This document shows positions 61,966 through 64,000 of a DNA stretch of 64,000 nt, piece by piece; positions within the stretch are counted from its first letter, which is position 1; the number at the start of each line of letters is the position of its first letter. A model generated the notes under the pieces. The model ran no database searches, had not been told where the DNA came from, and saw only the letters and a list, made by a program, of their open reading frames with translations. Source of the DNA: Methanobacteriota archaeon (lineage in GTDB: Archaea > Thermoplasmatota > Poseidoniia > Poseidoniales > Poseidoniaceae); NCBI GenBank assembly GCA_002720095.2, contig PBGP02000006.1, forward strand, positions 102,257 through 166,256, read 5' to 3'. The translations under genes and the position numbers were made by a program.

Positions 61966-63984
61966 CTAATAGAATTGAAATCCACAGATTTGACATTTAG
62001 ATGATCCAGGTTCAACGATACCTCCGCACATAGGGCATTCAGATGATTTTTCCTCAGACGATTCGTTAATTGAGTTTTCTTTGATTGATTGTTCATCAGA
62101 AGCGTTGTAAGTAATTCCTGCTAAGGTTGATTCGAAATTATCATTACCATCTTCAGTATCTTTATGTTCTGATATTTTCTCTTCTAGGACTTCTTCTGCA
62201 ACCTCTTCTTCTGCAACCTCTTCTTCTTCTGCAACCTCTTCTTCTACAATTTCTTCGTTATCTTTATTTTCTGAAGATTCATTATTTTCAATTAAATTGA
62301 AATTTTTAGCAGCTTCTTCAATTTCTGATTTTTTAAGATATAAATTACCATCTTCATCGTATTTGATTGCATGTTCTAAAAATAGATTCCTGTCTGTGAT
62401 TCCGTAAGATTCCATCATTGAAACTAGAACTTCTTCGCTCCAATTATAATCCTCAATTGTTGGTACTTTGTCTTCAGGACTGCCATCTATAGATTTATTA
62501 ATTGTTTCAGCATCAGATTTTTGTATTAATTCATCATTATCAACCTCATCTCCAATTTTAGCGCCTCTAAATGATTGGAGATCAGAAATCTTTAGATCTC
62601 CGTCACCTTTGATGTCGTAAGATAATTCAAATTTTTGACCACTATTGATTATTGGAACACTCCATTCCAAATTTATCCCATCATCAGATTCAGAAGTCTT
62701 TAATTCTACATTATTTTCCTTATTTGCTCCACTCACATTATGTCCTTTTAATTCAAATCCTTTAGGGATAAAATCAGGTAAGCTAACATTTTGTAACGGG
62801 GAATCAGAATTATTTTCAAAAATAATTAATACTTCATAATTTCCTTTACCTCCAGTAGGGATAAGACTTTTTCCTACAGTGAATTTTCTTCTTTTGTGGC
62901 TGACTTTTACAACAGGTACTTTATCTATACTAATTTTACAGCTTGGACCATATCTTTCTGAAATAAATTCGCAGTTAATGGGTGCTTCAATATGCTTGTT
63001 TTCAGGACTTGGATCAGGTGCATTCAATGGATAGGTGATTGTAGCTGTTTGACCAACTCCCATCCCCAGTGGTCCTTTGTCACCAATTGTTAATTTGAGA
63101 GTGTTACCTGGCCCATCTGGGCTTATATGTGTATCTTCTAAGGTAACTCCAGTACTGAATTCAGCTCTTAACTGTTCAACTGCTACTTCTACATCGTCAA
63201 TTCCAACTTGGATTGAACTAGCATCTGGAGGCATAAAAAGTCCTGGTAAATCATCAATAATTCTTAAAAGATTAATTGTGGCAGAACCTGTATTCTTGAC
63301 TTTTATAGTAGCCGTAACAGTTTGTGGCCTGTATGACCTTAAAATTTCAACGTCATAATCCTTGGTCATTTCTGCATCAAGAACTTCTAACTCTATTTGC
63401 TCTAAATCTATAGTTCCCATTGTGCTCCTCGAACATCTTGGTAAAACTGTATATCCTAGTTGAATTGTAAAGTCTGGTCTTTCTGTTCCTTCTACATTCT
63501 TAAACTCACTTCTCCACTCAGATTTTTCATTTCCAGAAGGATCATCTGGTTCGACATCTTCTGGAACATCTTTTACATCAAATAGCATTATATCGCTTCC
63601 AGACATTTGAACTTGTAGTTTAACTAAGTCTACAGCGAAACTTGATCTGTTTTTGAATACCGCTTGGCACTGCCAATTGTCTGGTCTTTCGTCTTCATTT
63701 ACTGACATGTAACTGAAACCTCTACAATAAGCATCTAATTGACTGAAATTCATCCCCGATAGTGTCGAATCAGCCTTGTATTTTGCTTGCGTCTTTCCAG
63801 ATTTAATCGGCTTTTTATTGTCGACTTCTATTAATGCATTCAAACTAATTGATCTTTTTTCGCCTATTCCTAACTCTCCCACAGCCCATGTCAATTTTTT
63901 ACCATTGAGTTGGTAATCCGCTGATTCAGTTTCACTAATGTTAAATTGTTTGGGTACTTGTTTTGTTACCTCAACATCTGTCAA
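61966..63984 (-). CDS. large hypothetical protein with DUF11/CARDB-like beta-sandwich repeats, acidic EEVAE repeat and C-terminal zinc ribbon; N-terminus may lie beyond the window
   Basis: VTATIKVKNTGSATINLLRIIDDLPGLF and YEVLIIFENNSDSPLQNVSLPDFIPKGF resemble DUF11-type repeats. EEVAEEEEVAEEEVAEEVLEE follows. The terminus is CPMCGGIVEPGSSKCQICGFQF. The reading frame stays open from 63984 to the window end. No signal peptide or TM seen. Confidence 0.6.
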   Translation of the reverse strand: MTDVEVTKQVPKQFNISETESADYQLNGKKLTWAVGELGIGEKRSISLNALIEVDNKKPIKSGKTQAKYKADSTLSGMNFSQLDAYCRGFSYMSVNEDERPDNWQCQAVFKNRSSFAVDLVKLQVQMSGSDIMLFDVKDVPEDVEPDDPSGNEKSEWRSEFKNVEGTERPDFTIQLGYTVLPRCSRSTMGTIDLEQIELEVLDAEMTKDYDVEILRSYRPQTVTATIKVKNTGSATINLLRIIDDLPGLFMPPDASSIQVGIDDVEVAVEQLRAEFSTGVTLEDTHISPDGPGNTLKLTIGDKGPLGMGVGQTATITYPLNAPDPSPENKHIEAPINCEFISERYGPSCKISIDKVPVVKVSHKRRKFTVGKSLIPTGGKGNYEVLIIFENNSDSPLQNVSLPDFIPKGFELKGHNVSGANKENNVELKTSESDDGINLEWSVPIINSGQKFELSYDIKGDGDLKISDLQSFRGAKIGDEVDNDELIQKSDAETINKSIDGSPEDKVPTIEDYNWSEEVLVSMMESYGITDRNLFLEHAIKYDEDGNLYLKKSEIEEAAKNFNLIENNESSENKDNEEIVEEEVAEEEEVAEEEVAEEVLEEKISEHKDTEDGNDNFESTLAGITYNASDEQSIKENSINESSEEKSSECPMCGGIVEPGSSKCQICGFQFY
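62191..62250 (-). repeat. short in-frame tandem repeat (15-18 nt units ttcttctgcaacctc) encoding (EEVAE)n
   Basis: Direct reading: ttcttctgcaacctc / ttcttctgcaacctc / ttcttcttctgcaacctc / ttcttctacaat. Confidence 0.8.
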
Positions 63985-64000
63985 AATTACGTTTGAAACA

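Noticed and set aside
62191-62250. Short tandem DNA repeat, checked as a possible CRISPR-like or minisatellite feature
   Set aside because: The units are only 15-18 nt and directly adjacent without spacers. They sit in-frame inside a CDS and encode EEVAE repeats. This is not a CRISPR array.
1-64000. Searched by eye for defence or mobile systems: CRISPR repeats, Cas, restriction-modification, toxin-antitoxin pairs, transposases and phage structural genes
   Set aside because: None of the translated ORFs shows the corresponding motifs. There is no DDE or HUH transposase, no PD-(D/E)xK + methyltransferase pair, and no Cas-like HD or RuvC blocks. I found no spaced repeat array.

Overview
This is a dense, visibly AT-rich archaeal chromosome segment. 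All calls come from reading the supplied translations and the DNA by eye; no searches were run. The gene content is euryarchaeal or Thermoplasmatota-like. The giant adhesin-like ORFs plus a bacterial-type PlsC are reminiscent of uncultured marine Group II/III archaea, but that placement is inference only.

I call about 65 protein genes, 3 tRNAs (Pro-UGG, Lys-CUU, His-GUG) and one RNase P RNA. The ORF track mis-reads the RNase P RNA as a 125-aa ORF.

Housekeeping core:
- Translation and RNA processing: TrpRS, ArgRS, AsnRS, aRF1, aEF-1beta with its Zn-ribbon partner, TruD, Cbf5, RlmE, DEAD-box helicase, RNA polymerase subunit L, Nog1-type GTPase.
- The proteasome beta + aCPSF1 gene pair.
- Metabolism: UMP kinase, Cmk, RpiA, carbamate kinase, RibA, UbiX, pterin dehydratase.

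Interleaved with these is an unusually rich cell-envelope toolkit:
- Three very large surface proteins of 1363, about 1690 and 709 aa.
- An archaeosortase-like membrane protein.
- A VKOR/thioredoxin disulfide module.
- Three GT2-type glycosyltransferase-like genes and an NAD-dependent sugar epimerase.
- Two COG1033/MMPL-type RND exporters.
- A DUF106 (Oxa1/YidC-like) insertase.

I saw no CRISPR array, transposase, integrase, prophage or recognisable defence system.

The most unusual items:
1. A PGF-CTERM giant protein made of three ~310-aa repeats, each with a cysteine-depleted LDL-receptor-A-like calcium-cage motif, followed by thrombospondin-type-3-like repeats.
2. A PdaD (pyruvoyl arginine decarboxylase) homologue that lacks the Ser-Ser self-processing site.
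3. A bacterial-type PlsC acyltransferase fragment at the left edge.
4. A SAP-motif/TM/M28-peptidase fusion.
5. A small archaeosortase-like gene that could service the PGF-CTERM substrate.
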